A program made the translations under genes and the position numbers. From assembly GCA_963555755.3 (NCBI GenBank), contig OY820905.2, forward strand, positions 2,240,001 through 2,304,000: DNA of 64,000 nucleotides, written 5' to 3'. Every line of letters begins with the position of its first letter. Position 1 is the stretch's first letter. Below are positions 42,016-52,177 of the stretch, one piece after another. The notes under the pieces were generated by a model. The model was given only the letters and a program-made list of their open reading frames with translations, was not told the DNA's origin and made no database searches. Source of the DNA: Nitrospirales bacterium (lineage in GTDB: Bacteria; Nitrospirota; Nitrospiria; Nitrospirales; UBA8639).

Positions 42016-44460
42016 ATGGCAAAGATGTCCAGACGGGGCGGATTCACCAAGAAGTTAATTCTTTCGATGCTCTTGGTGGGTCTTCTGCCGTTAATTATTG
42101 GCCTGGCTTTCGCGTTTTTTATGGGGACGCAAGAAATTCGTGAGGTCAATGGTGTCAATTTTCAGGCTCTTGCGGTTGAGACGGCCAGAAGAGTGGATTT
42201 GGTGTTAGCGGACCAACAATCGAATAATCAAGGAATCGCCAAATTTCCGGAAATTATCCAAGAGCTGGAGAAAATTCGAGATCACATACAGGGTGAAAGC
42301 CCTGCCCGCCTTCACGCCCGTCTTGCGAAAGAAGAAGCGGCCTGGCTAGCCCCAGATTCGGAATTTCCAACCACAATGAGAGAGAACCGGCTCAGCGATA
42401 TTCTGACCCGCAGTGTGCTTGGGGGCCATAGAGGCTTTACCTCAACCACAGCTATGGTGGCACGCTCCGCGACGCGCGCCCTCTTTGTCACGGATGTCCT
42501 TGGTCGTGTCGTCGGGACCACGAATGCCAAGGTCTCCTATCTTCATCAAGAAACAGACTGGTGGAAAGGCGCGTTTCACCAAGGAGTTGGGAAACCCTAT
42601 ATCGGCAATTTAGTGTTTGATGAACGTCTCCAAGCCTACATGTTTTCCATTTCGGTGCCGGTGATGGATAGTCTTCAATACCAAGCCATTGGCGTTTTGC
42701 ATCGCGTCTATGATGCCAAAGAGTTTTTTGCTCCCGCTATCGATCTGATTCACTTTGGGAAAACCGGCCACGTGATGCTGATTGATAGTGAGGGACACGT
42801 AGTGAGCTGTCCGATTTTACCCACGGGCGAACACATAGCGGACCGTCAATTAATCCCCCTAGTCACACCTCTGGAGCCCGGGTGGGTCTTAGGCCCAAGC
42901 GATGGACATGGCGGAACCAGTCACTCGATCATTGGATTTTCAGCCTTGCCCACGATGACTCGAGTCATGATGGACTCCACAAACACGGCGTGGCACCTGT
43001 TTGTCTGGCAGTCTTCAGAGGAATTGTTTGCGCCCGTCTATCACTTACGGAATTGGATCATCACCTTTGGCGCTATTTCCTTCGGGCTGTTACTGATCCT
43101 TGGTATTATTGTTTCAAAACGAGTGGTTCGTCCCCTTCGTCGTTTGCAGGATGCCGCCAAACGTATTGCCAACCGTGAGCTCATGGAACCGATTGTGATT
43201 AAAACGGGGGATGAAATTGAAGATTTGGCCGAAGAACTGAATCAGATGAATGCGCAACTCCAGGCTTCCATTTCCGGATTAGTCACCGAAGTCGAGACGA
43301 AGACCCAGGAAGTCGAATTTCTCCGTGAATCCACGACACAGATTCTCGATGGAATCCCTGATCCGGTTATTATGGTAGATGAGCATCTCGAGGTGCAGTA
43401 TATGAACCTGGCTTTTAAGCATGCGGTTGGTCTGACCAATGACCGAAGTGACACACAAAATTTGGTACAATTGATTTCTCCTAACTCGCAAGAACACCAA
43501 CAGCTCAGCCACCAAGTCCGGAGCTTGCTGGATCATTCGCCCACGGGCATATCAGGAAATGGGGGAGGAGCGTCCATCCCTTCTGGCCAATTGAATGATC
43601 CCCTACTCCAACACGACACGGATTTCCCCTCGGCCAATGACCAACTTCTCACGATCGACAATCGGATTTTCCGCTATAACGGGTTTCCCATCCCCTCTCG
43701 CCCAGGAAAAAACCCAACATGCGGACTCGTGTTACGAGATGCCACCGACGAAAAACGGCTCCAGGACGCACTCATCAATAGTGAGAAGTCGACGAGTTTG
43801 GGAGTCTTGTGTTCAGGTATTGGGCATGAACTCAATAATCCATTGGTCGGCGTCATTGGATTAGCCGAAGCGATTCAAGTGGAAGAAGATGGGAATACGA
43901 CCAAGGATTATGCGAAAGCGATCGTGCAGCAGGGCCAACGCATGGCCCAAGTCATACGAGATCTGACCGGGCAAGTCCGTGGCCAGGCCAAAGCGGCCCC
44001 GATAGCTCTGGATCTGAATGAACAGTTAGATCTGATTGTGGAATATATGCATGTACAAGAGGAGTATCCTCATGTCACCATTCAGAAAGAGTACCACGAC
44101 CTTCCCACGTTTTACGGGCTAGCCGAAGAAGTGCGCCTGGTGTTGTATCATGTGATCAAAAATGCGATTCAGGGGATGCATGAAAAAGGCCGGCTGACCT
44201 TAGGAACCCAGACCATTCATGCCGGGGCTATTGAACTACACATTGACGATACAGGAACAGGGATTCCACCTAATTTTCTGCCCAAAGTATTTGACCCATT
44301 TTTTACCACAAAATCTATGGGAGAGGGCAGTGGGCTGGGGTTAACCATTGTTCAGCGGATTGTCAAAAAATATAGGGGCCGGGTGGAAATTGACAGTCAA
44401 GAAGGGGAAGGTACTCAATGCCGCATCATCTTCCCAAGTAAAGACCTTTCTCATGTTTAG
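42016..44460 (+). CDS. Membrane sensor histidine kinase (Cache-HAMP-PAS-HisKA-HATPase)
   Basis: Two TM segments, RPLRRL...DEIEDLA HAMP, GHELNNPL, GSGLGL. Confidence 0.92.
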   Translation: MAKMSRRGGFTKKLILSMLLVGLLPLIIGLAFAFFMGTQEIREVNGVNFQALAVETARRVDLVLADQQSNNQGIAKFPEIIQELEKIRDHIQGESPARLHARLAKEEAAWLAPDSEFPTTMRENRLSDILTRSVLGGHRGFTSTTAMVARSATRALFVTDVLGRVVGTTNAKVSYLHQETDWWKGAFHQGVGKPYIGNLVFDERLQAYMFSISVPVMDSLQYQAIGVLHRVYDAKEFFAPAIDLIHFGKTGHVMLIDSEGHVVSCPILPTGEHIADRQLIPLVTPLEPGWVLGPSDGHGGTSHSIIGFSALPTMTRVMMDSTNTAWHLFVWQSSEELFAPVYHLRNWIITFGAISFGLLLILGIIVSKRVVRPLRRLQDAAKRIANRELMEPIVIKTGDEIEDLAEELNQMNAQLQASISGLVTEVETKTQEVEFLRESTTQILDGIPDPVIMVDEHLEVQYMNLAFKHAVGLTNDRSDTQNLVQLISPNSQEHQQLSHQVRSLLDHSPTGISGNGGGASIPSGQLNDPLLQHDTDFPSANDQLLTIDNRIFRYNGFPIPSRPGKNPTCGLVLRDATDEKRLQDALINSEKSTSLGVLCSGIGHELNNPLVGVIGLAEAIQVEEDGNTTKDYAKAIVQQGQRMAQVIRDLTGQVRGQAKAAPIALDLNEQLDLIVEYMHVQEEYPHVTIQKEYHDLPTFYGLAEEVRLVLYHVIKNAIQGMHEKGRLTLGTQTIHAGAIELHIDDTGTGIPPNFLPKVFDPFFTTKSMGEGSGLGLTIVQRIVKKYRGRVEIDSQEGEGTQCRIIFPSKDLSHV

Positions 44461-44631
44461 GGCTCGCGCAAGAATACATTCCCATGTTTGGGTGCTGAGA
44501 CGCCTGTCTGGCAAGGCGCGAGGACTGCGCATACTCCTCGTATGGAAAGGACGAGCAACGCCGCCAGACGGGATGGATCGACGCCCAAACATGGGAAGGT
44601 ATTCTTGCGCGAGCCCTTAGGAGGTAGTGAT

Positions 44632-45231
44632 ATGAAATTCCTCATGAAAAATCGATGGCTCAGCCTGTTCGCAGTGATGGTCCTGTTGCCTTGTTGGGTC
44701 AACACCGTCACGGTTGATGCAAACGATCGAAAACACCTTCCCGGTATTCCCCCTGATGTCGTTGCGTCGTACCTTCATTCAATCATCAAAGCCGATCGAA
44801 CGATTTATTCGACCTTTATTGTCAATCGTCTTCATGAAAAAGGAATATTGAGCGCAGACGAGGCGTGGGAACAAAAGAATGCGCTTCCCCTTCCTGCTCA
44901 ATTCCTTCAACAGTCTGGACGGTTAGTGGCCGAAAATGGGACAGGAATTCGGTTCCGGTTAATCAGCTTGTGGCCCATCTATGAACGAAATGGGCCTGTG
45001 ACCGACTTTGAGCGGACAGGATTACAAACCGTGGCCAAACACCCGGATCAACCGTATGAAGGGGTGGTGCAAAGTGGCAAGTTATCCTATTTTCAAGCTA
45101 TTTATGCTGACAAAGCTGTCACGAAGGCCTGCGTCGACTGTCATAATACCCACCCGCTTAGCCCAAAACGAAATTTCAAACTCAACGATGTCATGGGAGC
45201 TATCGTTATTACGATACCCCTAGGCGATTGA
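44632..45231 (+). CDS. DUF3365/Tll0287-like exported c-type heme protein
   Basis: Signal peptide, LPLPAQF, ACVDCHN (CxxCH), FKLNDVMGA; AGGAGG RBS. Confidence 0.85.
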   Translation: MKFLMKNRWLSLFAVMVLLPCWVNTVTVDANDRKHLPGIPPDVVASYLHSIIKADRTIYSTFIVNRLHEKGILSADEAWEQKNALPLPAQFLQQSGRLVAENGTGIRFRLISLWPIYERNGPVTDFERTGLQTVAKHPDQPYEGVVQSGKLSYFQAIYADKAVTKACVDCHNTHPLSPKRNFKLNDVMGAIVITIPLGD

Positions 45232-45515
45232 CACTGGCAGAGAAGTTTTTTGGCTCCATATGTGAGGAAAACCATGATGGGGGGACTACAAAAAGATGCG
45301 GGTGATCCTGACTTACAGTATTAATTCTTGCCTTGGCGTTATGCCAAAGAGATACCTTTAGGGTTCGCGCAAGAATAACTTCCCCAGTTTGGGTGCTGAG
45401 ACACCTGTCTGGCAAGGCGCGAGGACTGCGCATACTCCTGTATGGAAAGGACGATCAACGCCGTCAGACAGGATGGATCGACGCCCAAACTGGGGAAGTT
45501 ATTCTTGCGCGAACC

Positions 45516-45730
45516 CTAAGTATGGGACTTCGCATAGTCAATTACTACCCCAACGGTCTGAATATTTGTCGCGGCATCTTCTTGGATATCCATGTCAAAT
45601 TCTTCTTCCAATACCATCACCAGTTCGACTGTGTCTAACGAATCTGCGCCCAGGTTCTCAACAAATCTGGGACCCTCAGTGAGCTCCTCGACAGAGGTCC
45701 CAACTTGATCAGCGATGATCTTTTTTAGTG
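45516..45730 (-). pseudogene. Acyl carrier protein remnant, no start codon seen
   Basis: Manual translation KKIIADQVGTSVEELTEGPRFVENLGADSLDTVELVMVLEEEFDMDIQEDAATNIQTVGVVIDY. Confidence 0.75.
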
Positions 45731-45754
45731 GATAAAAGGGGAGGAAGTGAACGG

Positions 45755-45828
45755 TGGCTGGGGGACCAGGAATCGAACCTGGGTTCTTAGAACCAAAATC
45801 TAATGTCTTGCCCCTAGACGATCCCCCA
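45755..45828 (-). tRNA. tRNA-Gln (TTG)
   Basis: TGGGGGATCGTCTAGGGGCAAGACATTAGATTTTGGTTCTAAGAACCCAGGTTCGATTCCTGGTCCCCCAGCCA folds as a cloverleaf with encoded CCA. Confidence 0.95.
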
Positions 45829-46108
45829 ACCAGGGCGATACTTTATCGAGCTGTCCCCTATTCAGTCAAGAGTCAGTCTCCAAGAATCGTGATGGGTAAT
45901 GCGTGATGCGTGATGTGTAAAGAGTGAAGAAGTTTTTCCGCGTTCCGCTTCACGCTTCACGCATGACGCGTCACGTCCGAAAGCAAAGGGGGTGTTGAAA
46001 AAGGCCTCCAGCAAGGCGGCAGGACCTTTGGTGCGCGGAGCGTACATGGAGTACGTGAGCACAACAAAGGTCCGAGAACGCCGCTGGTGGACTTTTTCAA
46101 CGCGCGCC

Positions 46109-46768
46109 CTAATAGATGCGTCCGGTCACCACCCAATGCCGATCATCGGGCACATCGATCAGTAACCGGCTGAGATTGAGTTCCGCGAGATGTGACGCCA
46201 CTTCATCTTCGGTAAACGCAGCCAGCAACGAATTGTAAAAATCTCGACGAAGCTGTTCCGGTTCATTTGCCGCGTACTGATCAACTACAGCTTGAGCCTC
46301 ATCAAGAGTCTCCGGTCGCAGTAAATCCATGATCAGAACCGGCGACCCTGGTTTGGCCAATTGCTTCAGGGCATACCAAAACTGTAAGGGGTTAGGCACA
46401 TGATGGACTAAACTATTCGAAATGATGGCATCGGCTGGTTCCTGTAGCTGAACATCCTGAAATCTTTGACAGACGACAGTAACACGATCGCCGACCTTGG
46501 CTTCATCAACGGCGACCTGAGCCAGGTTGATCATCGGGCTGGAGGCATCGACAGCCATGAGGCTGAGTGACGGGCATGCCCGGACTAATCGAATAGGAAT
46601 ATCCGCGGGGCCACAGCCAAGGTCGAGAACCAGCCCCTCCCTGAAATCCGGAAACACTTCTAAAAAATAATCGACGAACCATTGATTTTCTTTTGAAAAA
46701 TCGGCCTGTGCATAGGCTCGGGCTTGCTCTTCCCCATCCATGATTTCTCGCTCTAGCAGTCGTTCCAT
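46109..46768 (-). CDS. Class I SAM-dependent methyltransferase
   Basis: VLDLGCGPAD, AVDAS, ISNSLVHH, DLLRP. Start inferred at MERLLE. Confidence 0.9.
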   Translation of the reverse strand: MERLLEREIMDGEEQARAYAQADFSKENQWFVDYFLEVFPDFREGLVLDLGCGPADIPIRLVRACPSLSLMAVDASSPMINLAQVAVDEAKVGDRVTVVCQRFQDVQLQEPADAIISNSLVHHVPNPLQFWYALKQLAKPGSPVLIMDLLRPETLDEAQAVVDQYAANEPEQLRRDFYNSLLAAFTEDEVASHLAELNLSRLLIDVPDDRHWVVTGRIY

Positions 46769-46890
46769 ATCTTCTGATTCCTCGCTTGTGAAACATTTGC
46801 CAATCACCAATTGAACTATCGATCCTATCTTCCGCCCCAATGCCGGTCAAGAACCACGTATGAAATTCGAAGCCTGTTGTAAGCCAATAA

Positions 46891-47295
46891 GGGTTCGCGC
46901 CAGAATAACTTCCCCTATTTGGGTGCTGAGACACCTGTCTGGCAAGGTCCGAGGACTGCGCATACTCCTCGTATGGGAAGATTGAAAAAGCATGCCCCCC
47001 GCGGAGGCGGGGGGCCGCCAGCGGCGTTCGCGCTCACGTACTCCATGTACGTTCGGCGCGTCAAAATGGCTGCGGCCTTTCCTTCGACTTTGGTCAGGAC
47101 AGGACGGACCCTTCGGAAAGACTCAGGGCATGCTTTTTTGAACATTCCCTCCAGCTAATGATGGCTGTCTCCTCTTGGGCATGTACTGGCCATGGGAGTA
47201 AAATATTCAACCGTCCTCGTATGGAAAGGACGAGCAACGCGGCTAGACGGGATGGATCGACGCCCAAACAGGGGAAGTTATTTTTGCGCAAACCC
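46891..47295. mobile_element. Composite MITE: family B with nested family C and REP units
   Basis: B halves separated by an insert of about 245 bp, with CGTAT repeated at the junctions; TAA/TAA outer flanks. Confidence 0.85.
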
Positions 47296-47320
47296 TAAGG
47301 TTCAGGCTATGGTCAATGTA

Positions 47321-47484
47321 GGAGCCTGTCCAAGATTAGACTATTCTACTGCGGGTGCGTTGGATTTGGCCAGATCTTCCGATCCTTTTCGTTAAATAGT
47401 CCAAACTATTCGCCTCAAACGATCGAAACTTCTGACTCAAACCAGCACCCCCCTCGCGACGATCGCTAATCTCAGACAGGCTCC
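47321..47484. mobile_element. MITE family D (empty copy); another at 62464-62625
   Basis: TIRs GGAGCCTGTC...GACAGGCTCC with TA flanks. Confidence 0.85.
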
Positions 47485-47517
47485 TAGGAATTATTTCCAA
47501 AGGAGACGAATATAGCA

Positions 47518-48327
47518 ATGGCCACTTACGTCATTGGCGATATCCAAGGGTGCCTGACCTCCTTCCAGAAACTTCTGGACCACATTGCATTCAATCCCCA
47601 CGCTGATCGCCTCTGGTTGGTGGGCGATCTGGTGAACCGCGGGCCCGATTCTCTTGGAGTCTTACGGTTCGTGAAAAACTTGGGGCTGTCCTGTGTGACG
47701 GTGCTTGGCAACCACGATCTGCACCTCCTTGCCGTTCACGCTGGCATTGCCCCTCTTCATACCAAAGATACGCTCCAACCGATTCTCGATGCACCCGATT
47801 GCGAAGAACTCATTGGGTGGTTGAGGTACCAACCAATGCTCTTGTGGGAGTCTCCTTTTGTGTTGGTCCACGCAGGTATTTTGCCGAACTGGTCTTTCAA
47901 GAAAGCATTGGAGTTGGCTCATGAAGTAGAATGCGCCCTCCGATCAGATCAATATCAAGATCCTTTAGCGACTCTGTATCAAAGTACGGCATGCGAATGG
48001 AGAGAAGATCTTTCGACCGACGAACGTTTAGGCTTCACCACCAATGTCCTAACCAGGATGCGCGTATGCTCCCACGAAGGACACATCAACTTATCGTTTA
48101 AAGGTCAAACCAAACACACTCCTCCTGGGTATTCACCCTGGTTTCACCTTCCCCCAACGACTCCAGAACCTGACACCATTATCTTTGGACACTGGGCCGC
48201 CCTTGGCCCATTCATCACCGAGAAACACATTGGCATCGATGGTGGTTGTGTTTGGGGACATGAATTGATCGCTTTGTGTCTTGACGACAAAACGGTCCAT
48301 CGGATTTCTTGTACAGAGGGCTGTTGA
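47518..48327 (+). CDS. apaH: Symmetrical bis(5'-nucleosyl)-tetraphosphatase
   Basis: IGDIQGC, GDLVNRGPDSL, LGNHDLHLL, VHAGI, FGHWAAL, DGGCVWG. Confidence 0.95.
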   Translation: MATYVIGDIQGCLTSFQKLLDHIAFNPHADRLWLVGDLVNRGPDSLGVLRFVKNLGLSCVTVLGNHDLHLLAVHAGIAPLHTKDTLQPILDAPDCEELIGWLRYQPMLLWESPFVLVHAGILPNWSFKKALELAHEVECALRSDQYQDPLATLYQSTACEWREDLSTDERLGFTTNVLTRMRVCSHEGHINLSFKGQTKHTPPGYSPWFHLPPTTPEPDTIIFGHWAALGPFITEKHIGIDGGCVWGHELIALCLDDKTVHRISCTEGC

Positions 48328-48761
48328 AAAAGCATGCCCTGAGTCTGGCCGAAGGGGCTGCCAGCGGCGTTCTCGACGCTTTGTCGTGCTCACGTACAAT
48401 GAGTACGCTCCGCGCGCCAAAGCGCCTGCGGCTTTGCCTGTGGAAGGGCGCGTCTTGGCGGGCCTGGGTTGGGCGGGTCAGACAACAGGCCTTTTTGAAC
48501 AGCCCTCTGGCTATTGAGTCGTCATTCAATAAATTAAATTAACCCTATTCCCCGTAGCTTGCTACGGGGTTTCCGAACAAAGGGAAGAGTTTGAGAAACC
48601 GTGGTGTTTCAAAAAGAATAGTACTTCCCCTGAATACCCCGCTGCTTGCGGCGGGGATCTTTTATTCAACAGTCCCGTACATAGATTGATAATGAGGAGT
48701 AACCAGTGAGGGAGTCAGGAGTAAAAAACAAGGAATCCTAATCTTCACTCTTCCCTCCTAC

Positions 48762-48937
48762 TGTATACTGGTGGATACGCCTCTGTATCTAAAAGATACA
48801 GGTCAATGTGTCTTTTTTGGGAGAACCCACATTCTCTCTCTAAATGTCCCACCCTACTCATTTTCGCAACAAAACAACATGTTATGGTGTTTGCGTATTA
48901 ATTTGTTCTCTCATAGGTCATTGGCATGAGCTTTGCT
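48762..48937 (+). promoter_or_regulatory. Sigma54 promoter (48921-48937) with upstream TGTAT-N-GATAC dyads
   Basis: TTGGCATGAGCTTTGCT; TGTATACTGGTGGATACG (48762) and TGTATCTAAAAGATACA (48784). Confidence 0.75.
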
Positions 48938-49105
48938 TCTATAAATTAATAGGGATGACTCAATTTTCTTGGTGGAGAAAATGCCAATGTTCCTGACACG
49001 GAAGCACATGTCCTTACGTCTGAAAAATGTTGTGGTCTACCGAAGACACAAACATTACCGACGTATTACAGGCAAGGAAATTAAAGTCTTGACATTAGTG
49101 TGTAC

Positions 49106-50191
49106 CTTGCTTATCCTGTTTGCACACCAACGTACTACCTATAGTAGATTGGCCGTAGATACATGAGCGCAATGATCCCAATCCCCGTTGTAATGGCCTC
49201 GATACGTGGGGCCGGGCACCTTCAGGCCGATACCCAATAGGGAAGCGAAAGCCGGCATCGGGTAAAAGCGACGGTTGAACCGGAATACGAATTCATTCAG
49301 AGAGGCCGACAGGTGTTGCGTGCTGACGCTATGGTGAGTTTCCATCAGCCCAGTCGTCAGATTCGAGAAGGCGATGTGGATCATAGGGAGGTGGATATCG
49401 GGTTTCTCGCGATCGCCATTGCGCATCATGGGCTCGTGCGCGTACCCCAATTGTGTCAGATTGTCGTAGCCGCCCCATCCGTCGGTGCGCACCCTGGCGC
49501 CCGTGACTACGCTCTCCTGCACGAACCCCGTGAGCGGTTTGGCCCCGCGGTTTGGCACGAGACACAAGCGCAACCTTCCTGCGTAAACGGCTCGGTGGGG
49601 CTGTTTGCCATCAACGCCGAGCGGCCGAGGGCGAACTTCGATGGCACCAGCAACCATCGATTGATGGTGGACGCCACGTCCTTTGCCCTTGGTGCGCCCA
49701 CCCCCCAGCGTTTCAGCCACCTCGACTGGCCAATCTGCGCCAATCCGGTCTCGGTTGGGGCGAACCATGCCAGCGCGGAGCTTGTGGAGCATCTGGAATG
49801 CGGTCTCGTAGCGAGTCAGTCCAAGCTGGCGCTGAAGCTGCACCACAGACACGCCGGGCGTTTGCATCGTCACCAGATACGCGCCCAAAAACCACGCCTG
49901 CAAGGGCGTCCTTGTCGCAGGCATGACGGTGCCAGCGGTCAGCGCCACATCACTGTGGCAATGTCGGCATCGAATCATCCGTGGTCTCGTGACGATGCGC
50001 TGCGCCTTGCTGCTCACGCCGCACGTTGGGCACGCAAATCCGTCCGGCCACCGGATGGCCGCAAGAGAGGCCGCACACGCCATTTCGCTGGGACACATCT
50101 GTTGCAACTCAAGCAACGACTGGGGGTGGCGAATGTCCATGACGATCATACCCTCCCTATAGCGTGAGGGTGTGTCAACCGGATAAGCAAG
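49106..50191 (-). mobile_element. IS1595-family element with degenerate transposase (about 49139-50140)
   Basis: IRs CTTGCTTATCC(T/G)GTT...; 8-bp target duplication GTGTGTAC; RWPDGFACPTC, EFVFRFNRR; first catalytic Asp appears lost (VEVAET). Confidence 0.9.
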
Positions 50192-50369
50192 GTGTGTACT
50201 TCTTAGAATTATACCCCTACGTACATAAACAAATTCATCTTTACTGGTGACACACGTCACAGATTTTTCCGACACGTTGGTAGTAAGTAGACATACATGC
50301 ATCTCATACGGCATGAGGCATTGACCCCAATTCACTCCGCACGCTTTAAGACAAGCAGAAGGAGGTTCC

Positions 50370-50744
50370 ATGAGCGTGAATGCTTCGCTAAGGAAGGCAA
50401 GGCTGGAATCCACACGGTCCGTGAGGAAGACCACTACCCCTCGGATACGCATACGGCCAGTTGTGGCATTAGCCCCTAATGGCTCTGTAGACCATTGCTT
50501 GAAATGTCAAGGCTGGATGATTGTCCAAGAAATCGATTTTTCTAAAAAAATCGAAATGCGTTGCCTGAATTGCGGATGGCAACCTCAGTATGGCGAGCGA
50601 GTGATTCAAGAAACGGAGGAAGCACGCTCGATTAGGAGATTTACCTCGGAGCTATTTGGAGGGGTAGCCGGGGATCTTCCAACTACTCCCCTAGAGGCTT
50701 CGTTTCAACAAATTGATTTTTCGAAACGCGCGAAGCGCCGGTAA
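50370..50744 (+). CDS. Small zinc-ribbon protein
   Basis: HCLKCQGWM...RCLNCG; AAGGAGG RBS. Confidence 0.75.
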   Translation: MSVNASLRKARLESTRSVRKTTTPRIRIRPVVALAPNGSVDHCLKCQGWMIVQEIDFSKKIEMRCLNCGWQPQYGERVIQETEEARSIRRFTSELFGGVAGDLPTTPLEASFQQIDFSKRAKRR

Positions 50745-51208
50745 GGGCTCGCGCAAGAATAACTTCCCTTGTTTGGGTGTTGAGGCACCTGTCTGGCAAG
50801 GCGCGAGGACTGCGCATACTCCTCGTATGGAAAGGACGAGCAACGCCGCCAGACGGGATGGATCGACGCCCAAACATGGGAAGTTATTCTTGCGCGAGCC
50901 CTAAGCACGAGGGAGAACCGTCCGCCTCGTTCTCTTAACGGCACTGGTCTACCCCAGTGGCGTTCTTCTTGTGTCTCAAAATTTTGGGGACAAAGGTCCT
51001 TTCCCATTTTTGTCTCAGGGGCTGGGGACACAACATGCCATCGCGAAGCCGGAGGCATGTTGTGTCCCCAGCCCCTTTCCTCTTGATACTTGAGTGTGTT
51101 GGCTAGTTTTCGCCAATTTGATATTTTTATTCAACAGATCCTTACTGTCATAGCCGATCACGAAGAAGGAATTCGAATTATTTTTACCTCCTTCACTCGG
51201 AGTGACTC

Positions 51209-52177
51209 TTGCTCTATTTTTATCGAATAGGCCTCTCTCCTCCTTCCGCATTCCTTTTCACCCTCAAGCTTGCTGTAATTTTCACACTGACCGCCTATCT
51301 AGGCATGGGCACGCAAGCATCAGCTTGGGGCCAAGACATCGTCATTCTCAAATCCGCCGACGTGGGTCCCTATAACGCGGCGGCTTCCTCCTTCAAAGAG
51401 ACACTCTCTCCCGAGGTCAAGATTTTGGAGTATGACCTCCAGGGAGGCCTTGCCCAAGGACGAAAGCTTGGCCGGAAAATCCGGGCCTCCCCAGCCAAAC
51501 TCGTGGTAGCCATTGGTCTCAAAGCGGCCCTGGCCGCCAAACTGGAAATCCTCGATATCCCCATTATCTCTTGTATGGTGTTGGCTCCTACCAAGTACAA
51601 TCTCACCCGGGACAACATGACAGGCGTCAGCCTTAGAATTCCTATCAAAAACCAGTTTACGTTGCTCCAAAGCCTCGTTCCCGGCTTGAAGCGGATCGGG
51701 GTCCTATTTGATCCCACAAAAACGAAGCACACCGTTCAACAGGCCAAAGCTTTGGCCTCAAAGCAAGGGTTACAGTTGCTTGCCCGGCCCGTGTCCTCTC
51801 CCCAGGATGTTCCAGCCATGTTGCGAGCGCTGCTGCCCAACATTGACGTGTTGTGGCTCATTCCCGACAGCACGGTGCTAACTGAAGATTCTCTGGACTT
51901 TCTGTTGAGTACGACATTAGAAGCACGAATCCCGATATTGGGATTTTCTTCTGGCCTGGTCCGAAGCGGGGTTCTCGCCGGGTTGTATATCAACTATACC
52001 AAGGTTGGTGAGCAGGTCGCTGGACTCGCAGAGAAACTTCTGAAGGGGGAATCTATTCCTCAAGGCACCCTTCTTCCTCCTGAACACGTGAGCTTAGCGA
52101 TTAATCGTCAAATCGCACAGTACTTCGGCATTACCGTTCCCCCACAACTGTTAGCCGATGCTGAAGAGGTGTATTAA
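51209..52177 (+). CDS. ABC-type periplasmic substrate-binding protein acting with a sensor kinase
   Basis: LVVAIG, TGVS, KRIGVLFDP, WLIPDSTV, LAIN motifs; no permease or ATPase adjacent; start uncertain. Confidence 0.85.
   Translation: MLYFYRIGLSPPSAFLFTLKLAVIFTLTAYLGMGTQASAWGQDIVILKSADVGPYNAAASSFKETLSPEVKILEYDLQGGLAQGRKLGRKIRASPAKLVVAIGLKAALAAKLEILDIPIISCMVLAPTKYNLTRDNMTGVSLRIPIKNQFTLLQSLVPGLKRIGVLFDPTKTKHTVQQAKALASKQGLQLLARPVSSPQDVPAMLRALLPNIDVLWLIPDSTVLTEDSLDFLLSTTLEARIPILGFSSGLVRSGVLAGLYINYTKVGEQVAGLAEKLLKGESIPQGTLLPPEHVSLAINRQIAQYFGITVPPQLLADAEEVY

Noticed and set aside
49313..50167. 284-aa plus-strand ORF (similarly 30323-31072)
   Set aside because: Antisense shadows of the IS1595 transposase and the DUF3237 gene.
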